Origin: Mobula hypostoma
Lineage: Eukaryota
Assembly (NCBI RefSeq): GCF_963921235.1
Contig: NC_086097.1
Location: forward strand, 242,608,001 to 242,672,000
Direction of reading: 5' to 3'
DNA: 64,000 bases
The notes beneath the pieces are model-generated. The model was not told the DNA's origin, did no database searches, and saw only the letters and a list, made by a program, of their open reading frames with translations. Position 1 is the stretch's first letter. Every line of letters starts with the position of its first letter. A program made the translations under genes and the position numbers. Shown here piece by piece: positions 51,401-63,597 of the stretch.

Positions 51401-54400
51401 AATAAAATGCAGTGTTCATTTTAATCATCATAGTGCCTCAATTTCAGGTGGGGGTGGTGGGGGGGGGGGTCTTAAAGACTAAAGATTAATAATAGTGATA
51501 CAAGTCCAATTTTGAATTAATATGCATAAAATGAAATTGTTAACAAAATTATATTCAGGCCCAAGGTGTACAACATTTAAGTTCAGCAAACTTCTCAAAG
51601 TTTTGCTGTTCTAACAGCCCAAATAATTCCCAAAATAGAATGAAAGAAATGGCATGCACCTTTCTACCCAGCACTCTTAACCCTGAGAGAAAAAGCCAGT
51701 AATGAAAATCTGAGATGTAGAGACTATGGGAGTATTTGGCATTTGACATTTGGATCCTCTAAGATTCTTCCAATAAAACTTTAACATGGAGCATAGAAAC
51801 AGGAATGGCCAATTAACCCCTCATTATAAGTGGATTACAATTGAGTTATACCTCAACTTTCTCTTTCTAACATTTGACTTGACACTCTTGCCTTTGAACT
51901 TAAACTTCATTCTTACATCAGATTTTACAAGGAAATATTCAAATTTTACAGCAGTACAATAGCCCGGAGGGTTCTCATTCTGGTTAATTAACTTATTTAA
52001 GTTAATTGCTACCAGATTCATTTTAAACTCTCTAACAACGGGGCAAATATGGAACAGTTGTAAAGACTTCATATTTAATACCTTGGTTAAAGAGATGGGC
52101 TTTACGTAAGATCCTAAAGAGGAAAATTCAGCGACAGGAGCTTTAGAGGAGCATGAAGGACAAAAGTAAAAGTGTCCAAAAATCAGAGGAAATGTTCTGG
52201 GAGAAGCAGCTGAGATCCTGGTAAATATTCAACAGATGGGTGGAGAGGCACCACAAAAGGGATTGGCCCAACTCCTACAAGTAGTTCTAAGCAATAAAAC
52301 ACTGTATAGTTGAAAACTAGCTTAACTCAGACAATTTTCACACACATTTCTGAGTGTCTTACTCCTAGATGGTGCCAGAAATGTAGAACATTGTACTGGA
52401 ACTGAACGGATATTTGTTTTAGTTTCTCACACCTGTCGCTATTTAGTCCAGGAAGTACAATCTCTGAAGTCCCCTCTCAAAGGTAAATGCTTCAAATCAA
52501 ATATGACTCTTCTAGCTCCTGGACAGTAACCCCCCCCCCCAACCACAGGTGTCACATTTTTATTTTATTTTAAATTTAAAGATATAGCACAGAACAGGCC
52601 TCTCTGGCCCAACAAACCACACCTATTTAAATCACAGGACAATGCCCAATTAACCTACAAATCAGTAGGTCTTTGGAATGTGGGATGATACAAGAGCACC
52701 TGGAGGAAACCCAGACATTCACATGGAGGGCATACAAACCCTTTATAGATGGTGCCAGAATTGAATGCTAATCTGACACACCAAGCTGTAATAGTATCTC
52801 GCTAACTATGTTACCCATCATAAACAGGCTTGATGCTGCTCCCTTCTCCTGGCATGGAATTGTCGGTGAGGTTTCAAAGAATGCAGGTCACATCAATGCA
52901 AGCAAATTCCCAGACCCACCCCTAAAATTAAGGAAAAATAATTTCCTCTCCTTCAGCAGATAGAGTAATCTTCCAAATGCGCACGATCCTGAGGTTTGGA
53001 CTTTGGCTGCTTGACACTAATTGGTGTTTTAACACCATTAAAGGGGAACTGGAAATTGTCCATAAATTTAAAATTTCACATGTTGGATACCAATGGAGAA
53101 TACTGTACACGTCAGCAAGAGCCAGGTGCATAATGTCTGGGGGCTGCTGAGTTTTGATTGAGTATAGCAAAGACATTTTCATTCTTTTGCACTCCCACTG
53201 CCTTTCCCTTCTTCATTTTCATCACCGTTTTGACTGTGATAAAAAAAATTCAACCTGGATTGATTACTTGCTATGATTCCACAGAATTCAATGAAACATA
53301 TTATTCAGGAAACAAAGTAGCGAGATGGTGCCTTACGTAAATGTTTCCTTCACCTTTCCAATACCTCAAATAACAAGTGTACACAGGTAACATGAAGACA
53401 AACCAAGCCAAAAATAAAAAAGGATAGACAAAATTTTAGAACAATTTAACCTTCCTGTGATTTTCACTCACTTTTTAAATATTCATCTGTTCAAAAACAA
53501 TCTGGATGAAACACAGTAAAATAAATATTCACTCATGTCAGAACTGTAAAGAGAAGTTGTGCTTTTTTTTATTGGTTTACCTTTATTCTATGAACCAGCA
53601 ATAAAGTTTGCATGAACAAGCTTGTAAAATTGCAGCATCCTGGCCTGATCTAATTGCAGGATGCAAGACCTACTGAATTGCTCTTACATGGAGGGCAGCG
53701 AACCATGGAAATCACAATTTCACAGAGTGGATAAAATACTCAATGGCAGTGGCAGGCCCTTTGGTCATCCAGCTAGCTACACAATGGCTAGATTTTCTGG
53801 ACAGTTTTGAAGGGACATCATTCAGATCTGGTTTGAGGAAGCCTGCCCCCAAAGATTCAAGCATGATATCTTAGGATAATAGATTTCCAAATCCTAGTCA
53901 GACACCTCGCAGAGGATCTGTGACATCCAGGAACATTCACAGGTTGAATGGGCAGTCAAGCAGATGTGCAAAAGTCTTTGACAGCAAATTAGAAGGTAGA
54001 AAACTCTAATCTGAAACACTTTGCATTGAATCGATTAACTCTGATTTAAGTAGAAAATCAGAAATTGGAAATATTTTACCATCTATATAAACTTGAAATA
54101 AGGAAGAAAATGGTTGTGGAATTATAATGTTTTAATTTGAAAATGAAAACAGTCACAACTCAAAAGGTTTAATTGCTTTAACAGTATAAAATGCAAATCA
54201 GTGATTCTGGCCAGTCTTGGTGTAAACTTACTGGCAGTACCAAATTATTCTCCCAAGTTAACATATAATTCACCCAATTACAACCATAAATCCCAGAGCT
54301 ATAAAATTAGGCAATTCATTTTATAAACACTACAGACAGAAATCTTCAAATAGAATTGCAATTAGACCCATTTCCAAATTATTCCAACTATTTACCACCT

Positions 54401-54535
54401 CCAAATGTTTTAAAAATAATTCATAACAAATAATTGACTGGTTTATAGTACTTGTAAATACAGCTTTTTTTTTGAACCACTAAAGGTTCGCAAATTTTTT
54501 ACTTTTGACTATAACCATAGTTGGCGGAGTATATA

Positions 54536-55332
54536 CAGTGAACTCCAGTTAATTGGGACACACCAGGACCAGTAAGTTTCAGCCCAATTAAGCTGCTGCC
54601 CCAATTAACTGACGTTTCATGGAACTAGGTAAAAGGCATAAACAAAGGCCAACTACTATTTAACTGAACAACAAATTACGCCTTTAAATAAAATACAGAA
54701 CAAATTACACTATTATAAAACTGTATTAGCTCCTAATAATTATCAATGGAAGAATTCATTGCTGCCACATTCTTTTAATTGCCTAAATGAACAAAATCAG
54801 CACAGCCACCCAGAGCAGATAAAGGACCATCTTCATTGCCTTCCTGCATAAAGTCAAAATAAAAATCAAAATGATCAAAAATCACTGCTTTTTAAATTGG
54901 CATCCGTCAGCCCAAATGGTTAACATAACACAAACCCAACATGCAACTGACTACTTAAAAACTGTTCGCTCTGTAATGTCCAACACCCATATCTGGCATC
55001 TCCAAGCCTGAATACTTGAAACAGTAAGCATAACAGTTCTGAATCCTCTTACCGTTTATTATTTCTCACCAGCTATCAGTGACAAAAATCACTGCTTTTT
55101 GAACACAAACATACACAACTGACACTATTTAAAAACTGGTCACACAAGTGCATGTGACTAATGCTAGTTAGAAACTGTCTCCTGTTTCACTTAAGTGTCA
55201 TAGTGTCCCAAATAAACGAAGGGAATCTCAGCTATTCTTCTTCTTCTCTATCATACTTTTGTTCTTTTAAGAGTTGTCACAAATAAGTGGCTGTCCTAAT
55301 TAACTGATAGCCTGATTAACCGGAATCCAGTA
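54536..55332 (+). mobile_element. Tc1/mariner-superfamily non-autonomous element
   Basis: TA flanks and TIRs CAGTGAACTCCAGTTAAT / ATTAACCGGAATCCAGTA. Internal repeats AAAAATCACTGCTTTTT x2. Confidence 0.75.
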
Positions 55333-56159
55333 TACCAGTAATCCAAAATATATTTTCTAGGGTCAGCTACATGCTGCAAGCTGAAACAAGTTTACATTTT
55401 TGTAAGTACTCACACATATTTAAAGAATAAACAAAGCATTTCACAGAACAGGAATACTTCAGAATCCAAATCAACTTTATAAATGTTTATAAGAATAAAG
55501 CAAATTTGTTTGTTAAATTGCATGGCCATTGGTGTTCAAAAGCTACTAAAGGCCAAGTATTTCAAGAGGTGCCCAAGTATCCTCAAAAAGGTGGCACTTT
55601 CTTGGCCAGACATTCAGATTTCACTTTCTGAAAGTAACATCAGCGACCCATGAAGTGTCATGAATTCATCTAAATGAGGCCCAGTAAAGTAACTAGATGG
55701 GCTTTGTTGCTTGTGAAGTTCAAAAGCTCTGACAGTGACTGTTCCAGACAAGTTCAGCTGAAAAAGCTCGGGGCCCAGCCAAACCACAGCTTGAGAACTG
55801 TAGTGGCATTTTAACAAATTTTCTCACAGCAAAACTGCTACCAGGGAAATTCAAGTATTGAATTGGAGGGTCAGGCTATTCAAAAGAGCTGTTCCTCTAC
55901 CTCTCCTCCCTACAACAGATAACCATTAATAACTTATTCACATTCAATGCAGCAAGCAGTGACAGACAAAAATAAGGGGAAAGCACATGAAAAATTTATA
56001 ACAAGAGCAGCTGCTGTTAATTCAAACAGGCGAAGATGAGGAAATCTGGTACCCCACTGTCAGCAGTGTTCCAGAAATAGAAAGTCTTTAAAACTCACTA
56101 GAAGCAAATTTGATCAACCTACAAGTAATGCTCAGCTAAAAACAAAAGAAAAATCGGAA

Positions 56160-56320
56160 TAGAGGCACAGCCGCAGAATAGAAGGAGTCTCTTTAGAACA
56201 GAGATGAGGAGGAATTTCTTAGCCAGAGGGTGGTGAATCTGTGGAATTCATTGCCACAGACGGCTGCAGAGGCCAAGTCATTGGGTATACTTAAAGCAGA
56301 GGTTGACAGGTTCTTGATTC
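56160..56320 (+). mobile_element. CR1 fragment
   Basis: Translates to FRTEMRRNF.SQRVVNLWNSLPQTAAEAKSLG. Confidence 0.85.
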
Positions 56321-56329
56321 GGAAAGGTG

Positions 56330-57268
56330 CTGAATGGTGGTAAGGGAGGAAGTGTAAGGGCATGTGTAGCACTTGTTCCGCTTACACGGATAAGTGCCAG
56401 GAGGGAGATCAGTGGGGAGGGATGGGGGGGACGAATGGACAAGGGAGTTGTGTAGGGAGCGATCCCTGCGGAATGCAGGGGGGGGGGGAGAGGGAAAGAT
56501 GTGCTTAGTGGTGGGATCCTGTTGGAGGTGGCAGAAGTTACGGAGAGTCCTTCCAGGTGAGGCAACACTTCACCTGTGAGTCAACTGGGGTGATATACTG
56601 CGTCCGGGTGCTCCCGATGTGGCCTTTTATATATTGGCGAGACCCGACGCAGACTGGGAGACCGCTTTGCTGAACATCTACGCTCTGTCCGCCAGAGAAA
56701 GCAGGATCTCCCAGTGGCCACACATTTTAATTCCACATCCCATTCTGACATGTCTATCCACGGCCTCCTCTACTGTAAAGATGAAGCCACACTCAGGTTG
56801 GAGGAACAGCACCTTATATTCCGTCTGGGTAGCCTCCAACCTGATAGCATGAACATCGACTTCTCTAACTTCCGCTAGGCCCCACCTCCCCCTCGTACCC
56901 CATCTGTTACTTATTTTTATGCACACATTCTTTCTCTCACTCTCCTTTTTCTCCCTCTGTCCCTCTGAATATACCTCTTGCCCATCCTCTGGGTTTCCCC
57001 CCCCCTTGTCTTTCTTCCTGGACCTCCTGTCCCATGATCCTTTCGTATCCCCTTTTGCCAATCACCTGTCCAGCTCTTGGCTCCATCCCTCCCCCTCCTG
57101 TCTTCTCCTATCATTTTGGATCTCCCCCTCCCCCTCCAACTTTCAAATCCCTCACTCTTCCTTCAGTTAGTCCTGACGAAGGGTCTCGGCCTGAAACGTC
57201 GACTGCACCTCTTCCTAGAGATGCTGCCTGGCCTGCTGCATTCACCAGCAACTTTGATGTGTGTTGCT
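56330..57268 (+). mobile_element. Penelope-like element 3' portion: inverted linker, GIY-YIG endonuclease, pLTR
   Basis: 56548-56878 reads SFQVRQHFTCESTGVIYCVR/CSRCGLLYIGETRRRLGDRFAEHL...LEEQHLIFRLGSLQPDSMN (one frameshift). The Cys-rich linker is on the minus strand at 56330-56546. Confidence 0.93.
57168..57205 (+). ncRNA. Minimal type I hammerhead ribozyme motif
   Basis: TAGTC-CTGACGA-AGG-GTCTCGG-CCT-GAAA-CGTC-GACTG downstream of the GIY-YIG ORF. Confidence 0.78.
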
Positions 57269-57269
57269 A

Positions 57270-57457
57270 ATCCATCAAACAGTAGGTTTTTGGACTGTGG
57301 GAGGAAACCGAAGGACCCGGAGGAAACAGAAGGACCCGGAGGAAACCTACACCGTTACAGGGAGAATGTACAAACTCTTTACAGACAGCCATAGGAATTG
57401 AACCCGGGTTGCTGGTACTATGAAACATTGTGCTAACCACTATGCTACTGTGCCGCC
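57270..57457 (-). mobile_element. V-SINE/HE1-like fragment with an internal 19-bp tandem duplication
   Basis: GGAGGAAAC(C/A)GAAGGACCC repeated. Similar copies at ~49440-49660, 49790-49960, 52570-52815 and 60070-60285. Confidence 0.7.
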
Positions 57458-59266
57458 TATGTATACATAGTGTTAGATGCTGTCTTGATATTGTGGACCA
57501 ATGCTTTGTCCCTAGAATTCTGTTTATGTTTAGAGAATGGCTGAAATAGGGTCAGGTCCTAGCAAATCCAGGAGCCCCAACTGGCAACAGAATTAAACCT
57601 GTCCCTCTGATTATCTACAAAATGTCTTTATTGCTTACTAAGAAATTATACACTGGATATCTGGCTCCAGGATGGTTAGGTTACAAGGATTTAGCATGGA
57701 ATACATCACAAATCACTGAGAATCCTCCAACACATCCTGACACTCAGCTCCAAACAGCATATAATTTGGGTGTTGAAAGAACTTTCAATCATAAATTACA
57801 CCAACAATTTCAATTCTTAAAATAACCTTAAGCATATTCAGGCACCTATCATGAAACTCCGTCCAAAATAAAGGATGCAGCAATTCTATCAAGATTGGTA
57901 TTATCGGCTTGTTGGTATTTTCACTGAATAAATTTGTCAGTGTGCGACATTGTATGCAACAAGGCTTGACCAGTCACAATGTCTAAACCCACTAGCACTG
58001 CTCAAATTATCAATAATACTAAGACGACCAATTTCCCAGGTTTCAAATTTGTTTCCAAAACAGAGTCCAAGATACAAGGATTCCATACTTGTAAAACCTG
58101 TTTAAGTAACCATCTGTTATTGTCAGCAGACGGTTTCCAACAACCTTTCCACTGTTGAACGATAGAACTACATAGATGCAATGTCTATTTTCATGACTTG
58201 TTAAGTTAAACGCAGCTGCTATATTAAAACTTTTATTGCCTGCTATTGAAATCATTGCATGTCAAACAGGCTACTTTGACTCCAAGTAACCAGAGTTTAG
58301 CTATCAAAGACCTTGTCCATTCTAGTCACTTCTAGAGGCCTATCCTTGTACATTCCTGTCTGGTTAGCTTCAGTAAACAAGGTCATCCAAAACTTTGCTA
58401 CCATGTTTGAAAATATGGCTAGGAATTTTAAGATCAAGAAATTGCATGCCAGAGATCTTATATTTCACTGATTAGATTCTTGGATTTTAAGAATTAACAC
58501 TTTTTTCAATCTCTTCATCAGCACACACCTTTCCAACTTCTTCATCCCCAAATCTAAGCATTTTATTATTTACAGTTGTTTTGTCAGCTGGCAAAGCAAT
58601 AAAGCACAGAAGATTTAAATCAGCTTTAAAAAAATGCCAGAGCGACTCAGATCAGGGGAGGGAAATGAGTTCATTCATTCAGGCAAAAGATACTTCCTCA
58701 AATCAGAGTCAACATTACATTGATCTGAAATGTTAACTTCTCCCAACCCTACACAAGTGCTGTTTGACCTCAGCAAATTTTAAGCATCCTCCCTAAACCT
58801 CAGCTTCTCTATCCTTCCTTCCTCTAAACTCCTTAAACCTCCGTCATAGATGATTAGATGCTATTTGCACTAACAGCTCACATGGTTTGACATCAAAATA
58901 TATTTGATAGTGGTCTTGTGATTACTTTATCCATCAGGACCTAAAACTAAGTATATAAAAGCCCAGATAAAGTCAAAAGGTTTGAGATCTCATGAAAAAG
59001 GCTAAATAGGCAACTTATTAAATATCTTATTATGAAAAGGCTGGGATATTTCCACACAGTTTATCCTCTCACGTTTACTTCATAATATAGTTACTAATTC
59101 AATAGGAAACTCCAAAACACTTCACCCAGACGGTGGTTAAAATATAAAACACTAGACACAGAAACCCTATGGTATAGAGTTTCTGCTTCAAGGTGTTAAT
59201 GCAAACAGAATTGTCACCTTGAAGCAGAAAGTGGCTACAATATACAAAGGATAAAAGGGAGGAATT

Positions 59267-59590
59267 CTAAACATGAGAAAAGTCTGCAGAAGTTCCTGAA
59301 GAAGGGTCTTGGCCCAAAACATCAACTATTTATTCATTTCCATAGATGCTGCCTAACCTGGTGAATTCCTTCAGCATTTGGTGTGTGTTGAAAGGGAAGA
59401 ATTTGCCAGTATAAACACAAGAAATTCTGCAGATGCTGGAAATCCAGAGTAACACACAAAATGCTGGAGGAACCCAGCAGGTCAGGCAGTATCTATAGAA
59501 ACGAATAAACAGTCAATGTTTCAGGCTGAAACTCTATCAGGATTGATGAAGGTCTCTAAATGAAATGTTGACTGTTTATACATTTCCATA
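59267..59590. mobile_element. Two adjacent degenerate Penelope pLTR foldback units
   Basis: pLTR motifs in both orientations, each unit flanked by a ~13-bp imperfect direct repeat. Confidence 0.75.
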
Positions 59591-60293
59591 GAATTCGCCA
59601 GTAGGAAGTGTGGCAGGAGGTCTGTACGGAATACTGGATTCGACTAAACAGCATGATAGGCCAGCAAAAAAATAAACAACTGCTCATTTTTTTTTAAAAC
59701 TATAATTTTTTCCCAAACATATTATTGTAAATAAAAGTCAATTTGCAATCATGGATAACTTATATAATGTAAATGACACTATGTACTTATAGACTAAAAT
59801 AGGTGAAAATGCACAGGCAAGATTTAACCAAGCGGGCAAACGTTGCCTGCTTCATAGAAGCCCCATAGAATATAGGACAAGATTCAAAAGGTCTTCTTCC
59901 TAGCATACTGCCAGTTTCACTCAATTGCGCAGGCTAAAATTATACTGTAAATGTTTGCTAATATCCCTTTTTAAACCAGGGATTTTTGAATGATGTGCCA
60001 CAATTTTTTGTTACTGCAATTCCAATGTTGAGTATTTCCATGTATGCCTGTCTATCAAGATCTTTTTTTAAATTTAGAGATCGGTACTTCCGCCCCAATG
60101 AGCCTGCACTGCCAATTACACCCATGTGACCAATTAACCTATGAACCTGTACATCTTTGGAATGTGGGAGGAAACCGGAGCACCTAGAAGCAACCATGCG
60201 ATCATGGGAAGAATAAAAGCTGTGAGGATCAAACCCAGGTTGCTGGCACTATAATAGTGTTAATGCTAACCGCTACACTACTGTCAGGTCACA

Positions 60294-60668
60294 GGGTGGA
60301 GATACATCTCTACCAAAGGATGTGTAAAGCACTCCTTCTCTCCACCAGCCTACAGGTCATCTTTGGGCAAGGTGTAGCAACTACTTAGCCCCAACACCCT
60401 CTCCCTACCAAAATCATGGTCACATGAAGCCATGTGAACAGGTGGTGGATGGTTGTATTACAGCTAGTATACAGCCCTGATTATGTGACCACTGACACCA
60501 GGCAGATAGTCTCTGAAAAGTACTGATAACGACTGGGATCACCCATCTTGTAAAGACACAGCGAAGGCGGCAAATCACTTCCGGAGAAAAAAAATTTCAA
60601 GAACAATCATGATCATAGCAAGACCACGATTGCCCATGTAATACAACATGGCATATAACGAATGAACA
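60294..60668 (+). mobile_element. SINE-like repeat, same family as 29947-30310
   Basis: Collinear similarity between the two copies. Confidence 0.65.
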
Positions 60669-60949
60669 AATGCCACTGTAACGTCCATAAAGGTTGGACA
60701 ATCTACTCCCATATTTATGCCAATTTTACTACAAAGATACCATCTTGGAGAAAACTCGATCCAGACACATTTCCCTCTTTGTAGATGACCACATCACATT
60801 AAAAAAAAAGGTGAAGTACAGCTTTTATAACTGCTACTCTGATTGGCCCATGACTGCGCAAACTACTGTAGCAGGAGATTTTCAATCCTTAAGTGTGTCC
60901 AGCTGGCTTCAGCCAACGTTTGAAATCCTGGAAGTTGTGTAATCATAAT

Positions 60950-61276
60950 AAAATAATAAATAAAATAAAGGTATCCGTTAGTCTTACTAGACCATGGATC
61001 TGCACCTGGAAAGGCTTCACTCTCCAGGGTGCAGGCCTGGGCAAGGTTGTATGGAAGACCGGCAGTTGCCCATGCTGCAAGACTCCCCTCTCCATGGCAC
61101 TGATGTCATCCAAGGGAAGGGCAAGGGCCAATACAGCTTGGCACCAGTGTCGTCGCAGAGCACGGCATGGTTAAGTACTTTGCTCAAGGACACAACACGC
61201 TGCCTTGGCTGGGGCTCGAACTCACGACCTTCAGATCGCTAGTCGAATTCCTTAACCACTTGGCCATGTGCCCACA
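60950..61276 (-). mobile_element. tRNA-derived SINE
   Basis: Perfect 14-bp TSD TGTGTAATCATAAT (60936-60949, 61277-61290), A/B boxes and a (TTTA)-like tail. Confidence 0.88.
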
Positions 61277-62058
61277 TGTGTAATCATAATCTCCCTGAGA
61301 TTAGGAAATAATGGGCACTTAAGCATAGATACTTAAGGTAGTGGACAACTTTAATGCAGTTGTGTGAATACCGCACAAATAAGCAGTAATTGCTAAAGGT
61401 AAATAAGTACGTTCCAAGGCTTTCATACAATCTCCTCACTATTGACTCCCAAATCTGCCAACCACAGCTGACGGATTTATTTTTAAGTTAAACAGCTTGA
61501 TTTTCTGGAACGAGAGATTCTATGGATGCTGGAAATCTGAAGTACTACACAATGCTACAGGAACTCAGCAGGTTAGACAGCATCTATGGTGATCCTTCAT
61601 CAGGACACAGGGCGTGAAATGTTGACCATTCCCCTCCATAGATGCTGCATGAGCTTTTGCTTTTCTAGAATGAACTGACACTGTAACAGTCATACAGAAC
61701 AGAAACAGGCCCTTCAGCCCAACTAGCCCTTGCTGACTAAGATGCCCTATTCAAACCGGTCCTATTGGCCAGTGTTTCACCCATGTTTTTAAACCTTTCC
61801 AATCCTGAAGGTCTCTGCCTGAAATGTTAGCAAATCATTTCCCTCCATAAATGCTGCCTCACCTGCTGAGTCCCTCCACCATTGTGTGTTGCACAAGGAT
61901 TCCAGCAACCAATTTCCCCCGGGATCAATAAAGTATGACATGACTATCTGCAGAAATCTTTTGTTTCTCCATTATGTAACAGATGAATCTAGGGTTAAGA
62001 AAATCACTGGAGACAAGAAGCTGAAGATGCTGCAATCTGAAGCAAATAATTGCAAGAC

Positions 62059-62140
62059 CAGAGGCTCTGAACCCGTGGTCCACGGACCCCTCGGTTAATG
62101 GTCAGGGTCCATGGCATAAAAAAGGTTGGGAACCCCTCTG
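62059..62140. mobile_element. ~80-bp hAT-like MITE inside a pLTR fragment
   Basis: Ends AAAAAGGTTGGGAACCCCT; second copy at 63454-63519. Confidence 0.6.
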
Positions 62141-62374
62141 CTAAGAACTCAGTTGGCAGACAGCATCTATGAGTGGGAAACGAATTGTCAAAATTTCAGG
62201 ACAAAACTCTGCAAGAAGAACAGAGTGGAGTGGTGGGGAGGAGATAGCTGGTAGAAAGGCAAGGCGCATGTGTGGCTCCCTTTACACAAGCCCATGTGGA
62301 TAAAGGGCCAGATATCTGACCCTGGTTTCATCTGCATTGCCTTATAACACTGACAAGACCACAAGACGTCAGAG

Positions 62375-62730
62375 CAGAATTAAGCCATTTGCCTAACAAG
62401 AGTGCTCTGCCATTTCATCATGGCTGATTCACTACATCTTTTTGCCCCATTCTCTTACATTTTCCCTGTAACTTTTGGCCCTTACTAGTCACTAACCTAT
62501 CAACATCTGCTTTAAATATACTTAATGATTTTGCCTCCACAGCCATCTGTGGCAATGAATTCCACAGATTCGCCTCCCTCTGACTAAAGAAATTCCTTCT
62601 CATCTGTTCTAAAGGGACACCCTTGTATTCTGAGGCTGTTCTCTCTGGTTCTAGACCCTTCTCACCATCCCCCTTCCATTACAGGAAATATTTCTTAACG
62701 TCCACTCTTGCTAGGCCTTCAATATTTGAT
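62375..62730 (-). mobile_element. CR1 3' fragment
   Basis: Translates to MRRNFFSQREANLWNSLPQMAVEAKSLSIFKADVDR. Confidence 0.85.
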
Positions 62731-63453
62731 AGATTGTGAGGATTGAAAGAGGGAGGAATAGAGGAATATCATGTGGTGTTAAATCAAAATACCAACCTAA
62801 GTGACCAAGGATTAAGACAAAAAACACGCAAATTACTTGAACTTTATCCAGTAGGAACAAATCGCGCTGCAATAGAGTCTATCACAGATCCATAAATGTC
62901 AAATTTACATGAAGTGGGTTTTAATTACATTCAGCCAGTACTTTTAATTAAATTTGTCAGGCTGATTAATGGATTGAATACTAGCAAAGGACAATTACAT
63001 GCAAATCAATCTAATAATTGATAATACAACAACATAAAGAGAATGCAAGGAAGAACATTTTCATTCTGCAAGTTACTTAGGGCTAAACTTGTATATATGA
63101 ATAGAATCATCTGTAAAGACCCAAACTGAAATCTTTGACACCTGCTCATGTTGCAAAAATTCAATACTGAAAATATAAATGAATTCAGCAAATTAAGTGA
63201 AATCAGGCAATTAAAGAATGCCTGATCTTAAAGTTGAAATTGTGGTATGCAAAAGCTCAACTCCTCCCACTTTGGAGGAAAGAAATACTGTTTCACCTTT
63301 TACTTTTGGAGAACAGCTGTTTATTCCACGTATTACAAGAGCATGAAATCAAGGTATTCAAATCTTAGAATAAAGCAAAACAGAACTCTTAACTGTGTTG
63401 AGATATTTGCATTGATTTGATATACACCTGGCACCAAGTGCAATCCTGGAATG

Positions 63454-63519
63454 CAGGGGTTCGCCATCCCCTCAGTTAATGGTAGGGGTCCACAGCATAA
63501 AAAAGGTTGGGAACCCCTT
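63454..63519. mobile_element. Short hAT-like MITE
   Basis: CAGGGGTTC ... GGTTGGGAACCCCT termini. Confidence 0.6.
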
Positions 63520-63539
63520 TTCTAGTGAAACACAACTGG

Positions 63540-63541
<2 letters not shown>

Positions 63542-63595
<54 letters not shown>
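63542..63595. repeat. (GT)n microsatellite
   Basis: Uninterrupted GT dinucleotide run. Confidence 0.98.

Positions 63596-63597
<2 letters not shown>

Noticed and set aside
57295..57350. CRISPR-like direct repeats
   Set aside because: A simple 19-bp tandem duplication without spacers, inside a SINE. The context is eukaryotic, with no cas genes.
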